From Candidatus Latescibacterota bacterium (lineage in GTDB: Bacteria; Latescibacterota; UBA2968), in NCBI GenBank assembly GCA_965204745.1, contig OZ242010.1, forward strand, positions 3,360,001 through 3,424,000: a stretch of DNA of 64,000 bases, read 5' to 3'. The translations under genes and the position numbers were made by a program. Below are positions 40,866 to 49,996 of the stretch, piece by piece; the stretch's first letter is position 1; each line of letters opens with the position of its first letter. The notes below the pieces were generated by a model. The model made no database searches. It was not told the DNA's origin and saw nothing but the letters and a program-made list of their open reading frames with translations.

Positions 40866-41166
40866 GATGAATCCCCCCGCAAAAAAGCACCGACCTGATT
40901 CCTCCGTCAGTGAAATAGGGCCCCGCGCCCAAAGCGCTCTTAATCAACCGAATCTCGTCGGCGGCAACTTCAAGCCGACGACAGCCCGAAAAGGGCCCGG
41001 TTTTCATCATGGGATATGTCGCTTTGACGCGAATCGGCACGCCCATATTGGCCCCGTTTTTATCCTTGGTCAAAACAGCATGAAACACAACAACCTCCTC
41101 GTCGGTCAACTCCGTGTACGTCTCAACCTCGTTCACGTAGTTCGACCAGCAGTTGAGAATCCACAC
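40855..41166 (-). CDS. Hypothetical protein
   Basis: 103-aa ORF overlapping the next ORF; no recognised motif. Confidence 0.35.
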   Translation of the reverse strand: MWILNCWSNYVNEVETYTELTDEEVVVFHAVLTKDKNGANMGVPIRVKATYPMMKTGPFSGCRRLEVAADEIRLIKSALGAGPYFTDGGIRSVLFCGGIHHAG

Positions 41167-41713
41167 CGCTCTTTCAAATCATAACATCTTGTCACATCTT
41201 GTCACAAATCGCACAATTTGAATAGACGCTTCATCGGGTCAGCGTCCAAGCACTTACAACCTCTTGTCCGTCTTACAACACCTCCACGTCCGTTTTTTAC
41301 TTGGTCGGGTGAGCTCTCCGGCCAAGGGAATAGTTTTTAAGTGGGACACCCACATACCATTCTCCGTCAAGGTTTTACACTGGCACGGGAATCTATCGCC
41401 TGGTGATGCGCTAGTGCGTATGGTTCTCATACACAAAACACCTTCGCCAGTAACCGCATACCTTCGCCAAATATCAAAGAACAAAAATCCGCCGATGGTT
41501 GTCAACAAAGCCCCGCTTTGCCCCCGGCGGAATGAGAAAAATACAAATAGGGCGTGGCGACTAGATACCCTGTTTGGACGACCACACAGGTCAAAAGGTT
41601 TTATTTTTTCGATTTGTTCCATTTTTTTGATTTGTTACCATTTGTTACCATTTTCGCACACTGTTAAAAGCCCCGTGTTCCTTTTTTATCTCGGTGGTCA
41701 GGCCATGGGGTGC

Positions 41714-42757
41714 TCAGAGAGGCTCTATCCAGTTTTTCTCGGCGAGCACCTCGAGGGCAATGCCGAGTTGTCGGCGGGTGAACTGGCTTTTGCGCTCATT
41801 CCACGTATATGTTCGCTCGGCGACCTCGGCAAAGGTCGATGCCCGCTCCTTGCGGACAACCCAATGGACGGTTGCCAACAATTCCAAGCCGAAGGCCGAC
41901 TCGAATCCCTCGATAAGCGCAGACACCCTGTCAATGTGGCCGGGCGTTTGGGGCGTATCCGCGAGAAAGGTGCGTGCATCCTCGAGCGCACCGGGTACCA
42001 GTTTTAATTCCTTGTGGGGGGCATCGCCTCCGTCTGCGTAGCCGAACACAAAGTGTCCTTCAATGGCATGCAAGACGTGCCGGAGGTTTTCGGCGTAAGG
42101 TCCGTAAATGCCTTTGGCGAACCGCAGTTTCAACGGCTCGCCAGCGGTCTGCATGAAGTACATGAGTTTGTGTACTTCCAGCAGGGTAATGAATGGATCC
42201 AACAGACCGCGCAGGTAGCGGTCCATTAGCCCGATAAGCGCGGCCCGTCCCGCGGTCATTTTCGGGACCTCGCGCGAACGATTGGCCCTCTTGTCCACCG
42301 GGCCTCCGCCCGGCTCAAATACGACGACCTTCACGTCGTCAAATTTCTCCAAAGCCGCCTGCACTCGCCTGCGAACTTCCGACCAGTCCAAGCCGCCCAG
42401 TCCACTGCCGAGCGGGGGAATGGCAATGGAGCGGATGCCGCGCGCTCGTATTTCCTGTGCGAGCGATGCCAAACCGGATTCGATATCCTCCATGCGGCTT
42501 TTGCCTCGCCAGTGCCGTTTGGTGGGAAAGTTGATGATGTAATGGGGATGGGTAAGTTGCCCGGTCTCGAAGACGAACACCTGTCCCGGTTGCATTTCGT
42601 CGCGCTTGCACCGGGCGGCGTAGGCTTTGAAGTTCTCGGGAAAGGCACGCTTGAATTGTAGCGCGATGCCACGCCCCATCACCCCGACGCAGTTGACGGT
42701 ATTGACCAAAGCTTCGGCATCTTCCGCGAGGATGTCGCCGGTCTTGTATTTGAGCAT
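41714..42757 (-). CDS. darG: DarG antitoxin (macrodomain DNA ADP-ribosylglycohydrolase)
   Basis: VNTVNCVGVMGRGIALQF, IINFPTKRHWR, PPLGSGLGGLDW, YGPYA, GLELLATVHW; ATG 42757. Confidence 0.92.
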   Translation of the reverse strand: MLKYKTGDILAEDAEALVNTVNCVGVMGRGIALQFKRAFPENFKAYAARCKRDEMQPGQVFVFETGQLTHPHYIINFPTKRHWRGKSRMEDIESGLASLAQEIRARGIRSIAIPPLGSGLGGLDWSEVRRRVQAALEKFDDVKVVVFEPGGGPVDKRANRSREVPKMTAGRAALIGLMDRYLRGLLDPFITLLEVHKLMYFMQTAGEPLKLRFAKGIYGPYAENLRHVLHAIEGHFVFGYADGGDAPHKELKLVPGALEDARTFLADTPQTPGHIDRVSALIEGFESAFGLELLATVHWVVRKERASTFAEVAERTYTWNERKSQFTRRQLGIALEVLAEKNWIEPL

Positions 42758-42776
42758 GGTCGCTCTCCTTTTGCGG

Positions 42777-43421
42777 TCAATAATACCAATCGGGCTTGAT
42801 TTCGACGGGTGGTTTATAGGCGGCGGTTCCAAGAGCCACCATGACCTGCTGATAAACCTGCTGCGACAAGACGCCGATGCGCGAGATCAGTGCCCAAGGA
42901 AATTGTTGCTCAATTAAAAATTCCGCCTGTTTGCCTTCCTTACACTGCCGCCAGCCGGTGGCTTGCACTGCATTCCAGTCGATCTCTCCCAACTGCGTCA
43001 AGTCGCACCGGTCCTCAAAGTAATAGGCACCGGCATTCGAAAGCGTGAACGCCCAACGCTTCCCATGTTTCTTTGCCCAATCAACGGTTTGATATAAATC
43101 CGCCTCCAGATGAACGATGGGGCTTTGCCCGCCGCGATAGGTCAATTTTGGATGATTCGCTCGGTGAATCACGTAGAGCATAATAGAACGCGGACAGAAG
43201 TAGAATGGCACACAGTCGCCTACGCGCAAGTCTGGATAACTGCTCAGGTGAGTCGTAAGGCGGCGTTTCTTGATGTTGTTCATGCCAATCGCCGTGCCGA
43301 GTGGTTGGCGTTTAAGAACCTCCGAGTCGCACCAGAGATAGTTGTCTACAATAATGGATTTGAGCCGGTCCACATGAACAATATGGTATATCCTTGGATG
43401 AGGGGGTACCCGCATAGTCAA
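42777..43421 (-). CDS. darT: DarT toxin (DUF4433 DNA ADP-ribosyltransferase)
   Basis: IYHIVH, VPFYFCPRSIMLY, SNAG, KQAEFL, WYY. Confidence 0.92.
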   Translation of the reverse strand: MTMRVPPHPRIYHIVHVDRLKSIIVDNYLWCDSEVLKRQPLGTAIGMNNIKKRRLTTHLSSYPDLRVGDCVPFYFCPRSIMLYVIHRANHPKLTYRGGQSPIVHLEADLYQTVDWAKKHGKRWAFTLSNAGAYYFEDRCDLTQLGEIDWNAVQATGWRQCKEGKQAEFLIEQQFPWALISRIGVLSQQVYQQVMVALGTAAYKPPVEIKPDWYY

Positions 43422-43424
43422 ATC

Positions 43425-44084
43425 TCAGTCAGCCGCTTCGCGCACATCCACTTGGCCGGTGACCACATCGGCGATCAGGCGCGTGCGGTATTCGCTCAAC
43501 AAGTCGATCTCGCGCTGGGCACGCGCCATAGCGGCGTCAATGGCGGCGGTCTGTTTGTCCAAATACGCGGCGATAGCGGCTTGCTCGGCGAGGGATGGGA
43601 GAGGTTGCACCATACCACCGATAAATTGCCAGTCTGCACGCGGCATCTTCGCTCCAAATGTCGAAGCGTTGATGGCATCTATAACTGGCTTTGATCGCAT
43701 CAGATACTCCAGATAACCGGGGGACAGAGTACTAGCACGAGGTCGCAATACCAAAAATTCGCCTACGCAGACACCCGGCCGATTAGGGCGTGTAACCTTC
43801 GCCAAATAAGGCCGCAACTTGCCGAACAGCACATCGCCAGCCTTGAATCGCTTAACCTGACTGTCAAAGACCACATCCGGCTCGGATTCGCTATACTTCC
43901 CCGTCCAACTTTCAACGTGTTCCATCGCAAGGTAGATTTCGCGCTTCCAGCGTTTGTGTGTTTGGTCAGCAACATTCTCTACGGAAAACTTTAACCGCCG
44001 CACATCCCAATGCGAGGGCACATCGCCGAGCCACTCCACGCCCGAGGGCTTGTAGTGGGGATAGGGTTTGAGGTCGGAGGTCAT
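43425..44084 (-). CDS. hsdS: Half-size Type I HsdS (single TRD)
   Basis: MTSDLKPYPHYKPSGVEWLGDVPSHW, one TRD, PSLAEQAAIAAYLD...VVTGQVDVRE; 219 aa. Confidence 0.85.
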   Translation of the reverse strand: MTSDLKPYPHYKPSGVEWLGDVPSHWDVRRLKFSVENVADQTHKRWKREIYLAMEHVESWTGKYSESEPDVVFDSQVKRFKAGDVLFGKLRPYLAKVTRPNRPGVCVGEFLVLRPRASTLSPGYLEYLMRSKPVIDAINASTFGAKMPRADWQFIGGMVQPLPSLAEQAAIAAYLDKQTAAIDAAMARAQREIDLLSEYRTRLIADVVTGQVDVREAAD

Positions 44085-44305
44085 GGCTTTACGAAACGAG
44101 GCTTGGGGTAATGACGCAGGCAATGCGGGCAACGCTACGGGGGAAATGATACTCAATTTTTGGCATGGTGGCAATTCTATGAGCGGTTGGGGCGTGAGGC
44201 GATTTCGAGAAATTGAGATCGCGCCTTGTCCATCAATGCAAAATGGGGTATATTACTTTTCAAGTACGCCCATTGCCAGTTGCACCAAAACATAAGGAGA
44301 GCAGA

Positions 44306-45442
44306 ATGAACAAGACGGAAGGGACGATGGAAGACCTACAAAGGATCGCAAAGGCGGGACGGGAATACTTCGATAGATACGGCGAACTCAATTTGAGGTG
44401 GTATGTAGAAAGATTTGTGATGCCAGTGTTGAAGGATGTGTTGAAAAACTTGTGCCTCGAAATCGAAGAACGTCATAAGGTTGACGAACCTGAAGACGAA
44501 AAAGACAATTTTGTCATTCACTACACGAGTATCGGTAATCTCGTTTCCATGCTTAAACGAGAAGCAAAGAACAGACAGAATGCCGCGAAGAACGAACAGA
44601 ATAAAGTGAAGGATGAACAGAATGCAACGGAGGACAAACAGGATGTAGCGAAAGACGAACAAGAATCTTCAAAAGACGAACAGAATGCAATAGGCGAACG
44701 GAATGCGTCATTGAGACTGTACGACTCCGTACATTTCAACGACCCAGACGAGGGCAATTACTTTTTTCGCAATCTGAACCTACCAAAAAAATACGCTTGG
44801 CTAGGCGACAAACAGGAATCCCACGCTTATATCGCCTCTTTTATTTTTCCTGCTACTGAAAAAAATAGCGACAATCTCGTGTTTTGGCGCACCTACGGAA
44901 AAGAAGGCGAAGGTTGTTCACTGAAGCTACGTATCCCGAGGGATCGATTACGGAAAGTTCTTTATGGTGACTGTAAGGTGAACTCTACATGGAAGGATCT
45001 GCTGACTGTATTGGATGATCTATATTCTGTGCTAGATCCGTTGTTAAACATTGATAAACAGTCACTTAAAGAAATTATCCAAAAAAATTTAGCAGAGGTC
45101 ATTTGGAAATCTTTGGCGAGACTCAGATACTTGTACAAGAGTGAAGCGTACAGGTATGAGCAAGAATGTCGTTTTGTTATTCCTGAATTAGATGCTGACA
45201 AAGACAAAATCTGCTTTGAGGATAAGGAACATGACAATTCTCCTCTACACATAAGACATTATTACGAAGACGATGCCCTCAAGGTTAAAAATATATTGAC
45301 TACTGACAGTTTAATCACGCTCGGGCCTTGTGTGCCTGATGATCCCTACAACATGAGCTATTATCTCGATAGCCTGCTGAGAAAAGCAGGATTGTTTGGC
45401 CCGGAAATCAAGATCTCCGAAATATCCTATCGAAAACCTTGA
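44306..45442 (+). CDS. DUF2971-family protein with inserted heptad repeats
   Basis: HYTS, FNDPDEG, FWRTYG, YKSEAYRYEQECR, ITLGP; RBS aaggag; AT-rich. Confidence 0.8.
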   Translation: MNKTEGTMEDLQRIAKAGREYFDRYGELNLRWYVERFVMPVLKDVLKNLCLEIEERHKVDEPEDEKDNFVIHYTSIGNLVSMLKREAKNRQNAAKNEQNKVKDEQNATEDKQDVAKDEQESSKDEQNAIGERNASLRLYDSVHFNDPDEGNYFFRNLNLPKKYAWLGDKQESHAYIASFIFPATEKNSDNLVFWRTYGKEGEGCSLKLRIPRDRLRKVLYGDCKVNSTWKDLLTVLDDLYSVLDPLLNIDKQSLKEIIQKNLAEVIWKSLARLRYLYKSEAYRYEQECRFVIPELDADKDKICFEDKEHDNSPLHIRHYYEDDALKVKNILTTDSLITLGPCVPDDPYNMSYYLDSLLRKAGLFGPEIKISEISYRKP

Positions 45443-46877
45443 TGGCATAACGCCAAATCCCGCGCCATTTGGCTTGCGGCGGCTCTGTGTGTTCTTTGAT
45501 GAGATAGGGCGGATTTTCCGCATCCCCCTGTGCGTGGCGTTGGCGGAAAGAGCAATGGGGATGGCATTCGTCATTGATGATTCGCGTCTCGGCGGTGACA
45601 AATTGGTAATCCTGTTGCCGCACCAACGGCCACCACTCCTCGGCGAGCAAGTAGCGGAGCATCAAATTCACCTCCATCCCGGCAACGCTCAAACTGAACG
45701 GAAATACATTTTGGTTGCCGATCCGTTCTTCGGGGGGCAAGTTGCTGACGTAAGACGGATCGTCCAGCGACCCGTCCAATTCCATGACCACCATGCTCGA
45801 ATTGTATTGTTTGCTACAACGCAGACATTGATGATAGGGCGTGACGAGGTGTGCGCGCCAATGCGCTGAAAACAAGCGGTCTTTGCGGCGGTCTGTTTCC
45901 ACTGCGATACCGCCATCAATAACCGGAATCAAATGCGCTTGTGCGATATAATTTAGGACGTCGCGGGCAACAGGCCGGTCGACGCAACTAAAAAGGAGAT
46001 CGCAATCCAACGCGGCCTTGTAAGCCTCGCTGTTGTGAACCGAAACCGGCAAAGCCGTTATTTGGATGTTTTCAGCGGTCGCATTGCGCCGCATCGCTCG
46101 CGTTGCCAAATCGACCTTTAATTGCCCGATGTCTCGCACTGTTCCGTAAAGCAAGCGGTCGAGATTGTGCTCCTCAACTTTATCGGGGTCGATCAGAGTA
46201 ACTTGCGCGATTCCGATTCGCGCTATGGCTTCAGCGACAATACAACCGACGCTACCGAGACCGACAATGCCGATTTTCAACCGCGAGATTGTATTCTGCG
46301 ATTCGCTTCCCCATGTATCAAAAGTGCGCCTGAGTATATCCCTCCTTAGTGGAGGCGGCGCACTGTCGTCATGAAAATAATTTTTGTAGGACTGCGGCCC
46401 GCCAACGCGGACATTCTCGCACCAACGGCGGCGCATCTGCCCGCCCTCTCTCTCCCAAAACCGCGCACTCCAGTAACCATCGGTTCCAATTGTCAACCCC
46501 ACCAACGGCAAGCCAGTCGCCCCCGCCGGATACGCCAGAACATCCCGCTCTGCTTCAACATCGGTAGCACTCATCCCCTGCCATCCATCGCTTGGATGGC
46601 TGTGCATAAACGCCAAACCCGCTTGTTTGTCCCGCGCTATTTTTATGGCCCGTGCGAGGTACGCAGGCTCGAAACTGACGTTGCCGTGCAACAGTCGCTC
46701 GCCTTTTTTCGGGAGGATGATCTCATCTATCAGCGCGGTGCGGCGCAACCGCCCCGTGGAAGGACGCCACACCGCGAAGCACAGATCTTCCTGATGTTCG
46801 TCGCGCCGATAATGCTGCAACAAATGCTCATTGGCGGTCGAATCCGCCTCGGCGGTGAGAACTGTCCCAAAACTCAT
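45408..46877 (-). CDS. JAB/MPN-like peptidase - E1 (ThiF) fusion, BubCD-like
   Basis: QEDL...MHSHP...MSATD JAB motif; GIVGLGSVG, DPDKVEEHNLDR, CVDRPVAR, CLRC; ATG 46877 overlaps the E2 stop (ATGA). Confidence 0.88.
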   Translation of the reverse strand: MSFGTVLTAEADSTANEHLLQHYRRDEHQEDLCFAVWRPSTGRLRRTALIDEIILPKKGERLLHGNVSFEPAYLARAIKIARDKQAGLAFMHSHPSDGWQGMSATDVEAERDVLAYPAGATGLPLVGLTIGTDGYWSARFWEREGGQMRRRWCENVRVGGPQSYKNYFHDDSAPPPLRRDILRRTFDTWGSESQNTISRLKIGIVGLGSVGCIVAEAIARIGIAQVTLIDPDKVEEHNLDRLLYGTVRDIGQLKVDLATRAMRRNATAENIQITALPVSVHNSEAYKAALDCDLLFSCVDRPVARDVLNYIAQAHLIPVIDGGIAVETDRRKDRLFSAHWRAHLVTPYHQCLRCSKQYNSSMVVMELDGSLDDPSYVSNLPPEERIGNQNVFPFSLSVAGMEVNLMLRYLLAEEWWPLVRQQDYQFVTAETRIINDECHPHCSFRQRHAQGDAENPPYLIKEHTEPPQAKWRGIWRYAIKVFDRIFRRS

Positions 46878-47245
46878 ACATCTTTCCAAATTCGTCGCAA
46901 GTGTTCGTTGATGTAGGCGTGCATGTGCTTTGTCGGTAGCTGATCCCATATATCCCCCGGGGGTCTGCTCATTGCGAGCCATTCGCGCCCATTGGCGTTG
47001 TATCTTTCAACCACACCACCTTTCCCGTCGTCGATTGGCGGTGTGACATGGATCCAGTGAGGGGGATAATCGGGATACCCGGTTTCTTGGAAACTGACGC
47101 CTACCGTGACCTTTTCGCCCCTGTGGGAACCGGTCTCGACCGTGTAGTCAAAAACAACCACTTTTCCGCGCGGGCTATCAGACCACGATGTTTCATATCC
47201 CAAGGCTTCCAACTCTGCCTTTATCCGGTTGATGTCGTCGGACAT
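46874..47245 (-). CDS. Prokaryotic E2/UBC-fold protein lacking Cys (BubB-like)
   Basis: GYPDYPPHW and WLAMSR motifs as in prokaryotic E2 family E; no Cys in 123 aa. Confidence 0.75.
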   Translation of the reverse strand: MSDDINRIKAELEALGYETSWSDSPRGKVVVFDYTVETGSHRGEKVTVGVSFQETGYPDYPPHWIHVTPPIDDGKGGVVERYNANGREWLAMSRPPGDIWDQLPTKHMHAYINEHLRRIWKDV

Positions 47246-47256
47246 TTTGCTGTACC

Positions 47257-47496
47257 TCAGGCTACTGGCGTGGGTTGGTTGGGAATTGTGAGGAACACAT
47301 TGTCTTCCTCCAGATCAACCCAGTTATCCCAGCCATACTCTCCTTTGCCGCCTTGCAGAAGGTAATCCTCCGGCTTACTGGGAATGGCTCCTCTCTTTTC
47401 AGCGAGTTCCAGAATATCGTGCGCGACGACTCCCACATACGGCATCGCCATTTCCATGCCGTTCACTTTGAGCGTAAAGGATTTTTGCTCAGCCAT
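47257..47496 (-). CDS. Ubiquitin-like (multi-ubiquitin-type beta-grasp) protein 2
   Basis: 79 aa FTLKVNG...DILELA...WVDL...FLT; RBS aggagg; ends PTPVA. Confidence 0.75.
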   Translation of the reverse strand: MAEQKSFTLKVNGMEMAMPYVGVVAHDILELAEKRGAIPSKPEDYLLQGGKGEYGWDNWVDLEEDNVFLTIPNQPTPVA

Positions 47497-47537
47497 TTTA
47501 TACCTCCTAATGATGCTGTCGGACATTGAAGAAAAAG

Positions 47538-47777
47538 CTACGCTACGGGCGTGGATTGATTGCGAATCGTGATGAACACATTGTCTTCCTCCAGATTGAC
47601 CCAGCTATCCCAGCCATATTGTCCTTTGTCGCCTTGCAGAAGGTAATCCTCCGGCTTACCGGGGATGGCGCCGTTCTTCTCAGCGAGTTCCAGAATATCG
47701 TGCGCGACGACTCTCGCAGTTGACATCGTCATTTCCATGCCATTCACCTTGAGCGTGAAGGATTTTTGCTCAGCCAT
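47538..47777 (-). CDS. Ubiquitin-like (multi-ubiquitin-type beta-grasp) protein 1
   Basis: 79 aa, 65/79 identical to the neighbour by manual alignment; RBS aaggagg; ends STPVA. Confidence 0.75.
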   Translation of the reverse strand: MAEQKSFTLKVNGMEMTMSTARVVAHDILELAEKNGAIPGKPEDYLLQGDKGQYGWDSWVNLEEDNVFITIRNQSTPVA

Positions 47778-47865
47778 TTTCGGCCTCCTTGAGATTGGTT
47801 ATACCAAACGAGAACACGCGGTACTGCAATATAGCAAGCACCATCTAGAGTGTCAAGATCGCAGG

Positions 47866-49977
47866 TCATTTGCCATTGGCTCCGACGATCGCTACGAGTG
47901 CCGCTTCATTCTCGCGCTCCAACGCCATGACTTCGGCGCGTATTTCGGCGCGTGAGCGCAGCGGTTGCGGCTTGTAGAAATGTCGCGTGAAGCTGATCTC
48001 GTAGCCGATCTTGACGCTTTTCGGGTCGTGCCAGGCATCCGGCGCGTAGGGCAACACCTCGCGGCGCAGAAAGCCCTCGACGCCGCCCTCGGCGAGCAGT
48101 GGCACCTGTTCGGTATCGCGCAACTCGCTGTCCGGCTCGTATTCGACCACGCATTGCCGGCCATTCACCTCCGCCTCGATCAGCCCGCGACTCGGCTCCG
48201 GCTCTGCCTTGCCCGGCCGGTGGATCTTTTTGATGACCGGCGCCGCGGCTTCGTCGCGGAACGCCAGTGCCGTTTGCAACAGTTTCTTTCGCCTAGCTGT
48301 CAGCGTAATGCCGCGTCCGATGGCATCCGCAAACAGGTTGAAATCGCGGTGCGGGCCATGGCCCATCGCGCCAGCGACTTGCTCAACGGCCTCGGCGAGC
48401 GGTCCTTCGTCCGCTTCCTCGCAGGCATCGCGGAAGCGCGAGAGATGCTCAGGCGACAACTCGACAGCGACGCGCAGGGGTCGCTCAATCGTTACGCGCC
48501 AGTACCCCAAAGCCCGATTGGGAAAAATCTTCGAGTGCTCGGTTTCCTCAAAGGCGAGAAACGCATCGCAGACGCGGCGGATGTCGTCCTCGGACAACGC
48601 GCAGTTCTTATTGCCGAGGTTTTTCCGCAGTGGACGAAACCACTCGGTGGCGTCGATGAGTTGCACCTCGCCCTGCCGATGCGCGGGCTTGCGGTTGGTC
48701 AGCACCCAGATATAGGTGGCGATGCCGGTGTTGTAGAACATGTTGAGCGGCAGGGCGACAATGGCCTCCAAATAGTCGTTTTCGATGATCCAGCGGCGGA
48801 TGTTGCTCTCGCCCTGCCCAGCGTCGCCGGTGAACAGGGAACTCCCGTTGTGGACCTCGGCAATGCGGCTGCCGAGCGCGGTGTCGCGCTTCATCTTGGA
48901 CAGCATGTTGACGAGGAACAGCATCTGCCCATCGCTGGAGCGGGTGAGCAGGGAATAGGCCGGGTCGCCGTCGTGCGCGATGATGAAGCGCGGATCAGCT
49001 ATGCCGCGCTTGCCGCCCAGGCGGTCGAGGTCGTTCTTCCAGCTCTTGCCGTAGGGCGGATTGCTGAGCATGAAGTCGAACTGGTGGGCAGGGAAAGCGT
49101 CGTTGGCGAGGGTCGAGTGTTCCGGCCCGCCGACGATGTTGTCCGCCGCGCTGCCCTCGCCCTTGAGCAACAAGTCGGCTTTGCAAATCGCGTAGGTCTC
49201 GGCGTTGATCTCTTGACCGTAGAGATGCGTGGAGACGTTCTTGCCGCGTGCTCGGGCGAGTTCTTGCAGGGTTTCCTCGGCCACGGTCAGCATGCCGCCG
49301 GTTCCGAGCGCGCCGTCGTAGAGCAAGTAGGTGCTCGACTCGATGGCGTCGGCCACCGGCAGGAAAATGAGCTTCGCCATCAACTTGACCGCGTCGCGCG
49401 GGGTCCAGTGTTCGCCGGCTTCCTCGTTGTTCTCCTCGTTGAACCGCCGCACCAACTCCTCGAAAATCGTGCCCATGGCGTGGTTGTCCAAGCCGGGATG
49501 CGTCGCCACCGGGTAGGGGCTGAGGTTGATCTCCGGCGACAGAAACTTCTCGATGAGCGCGCCGAGCACGTCCGCGTCTGACAAGCGCGGAATCTGGTTG
49601 CGAAACTCGAAGTTCTTCAAGATGTCCTGCACATTGGACGAAAACCCGTCCAAGTAGATCTCAAAGTCGGCGCGGAGTTGTTGCCGGGTCGCACGGGAAC
49701 GGAGATCGCGCAACGTGAACTGAGACGCATTGAAAAAGGCATGCCCCGCGGCCTGCTTGAGGGCCGCTTCCTGTTCGACAATGCCTTGGTCGTTGAGCCG
49801 GGCCTGCATGGCGAGAACGGCACGCTTGGTCGGTTCGAGCACCGCGTCCAGCCGCCGAATCACCGTCATCGGCAAAATGATGTCGCGGTACTTGCCGCGC
49901 ACATAGAGATCGCGCAACACATCGTCGGCAATACTCCAGATAAAGTTGGGAATGCGATTGAGTTGGTTGTTTTGCAT
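47866..49977 (-). CDS. hsdM: Type I R-M methyltransferase subunit HsdM
   Basis: FIWSIADD, EAGEHWTPRD, YGQEIN, SNPPYG, FYNTGIATY, KIGYEISFTRHFY. Confidence 0.95.
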   Translation of the reverse strand: MQNNQLNRIPNFIWSIADDVLRDLYVRGKYRDIILPMTVIRRLDAVLEPTKRAVLAMQARLNDQGIVEQEAALKQAAGHAFFNASQFTLRDLRSRATRQQLRADFEIYLDGFSSNVQDILKNFEFRNQIPRLSDADVLGALIEKFLSPEINLSPYPVATHPGLDNHAMGTIFEELVRRFNEENNEEAGEHWTPRDAVKLMAKLIFLPVADAIESSTYLLYDGALGTGGMLTVAEETLQELARARGKNVSTHLYGQEINAETYAICKADLLLKGEGSAADNIVGGPEHSTLANDAFPAHQFDFMLSNPPYGKSWKNDLDRLGGKRGIADPRFIIAHDGDPAYSLLTRSSDGQMLFLVNMLSKMKRDTALGSRIAEVHNGSSLFTGDAGQGESNIRRWIIENDYLEAIVALPLNMFYNTGIATYIWVLTNRKPAHRQGEVQLIDATEWFRPLRKNLGNKNCALSEDDIRRVCDAFLAFEETEHSKIFPNRALGYWRVTIERPLRVAVELSPEHLSRFRDACEEADEGPLAEAVEQVAGAMGHGPHRDFNLFADAIGRGITLTARRKKLLQTALAFRDEAAAPVIKKIHRPGKAEPEPSRGLIEAEVNGRQCVVEYEPDSELRDTEQVPLLAEGGVEGFLRREVLPYAPDAWHDPKSVKIGYEISFTRHFYKPQPLRSRAEIRAEVMALERENEAALVAIVGANGK

Positions 49978-49996
49978 GGGGCGTCCTTGGTGGGCG

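Noticed and set aside
41254-42007. ORFs 41254..41622 and 41264..42007
   Set aside because: No RBS or motif, atypical composition, one overlaps darG antisense
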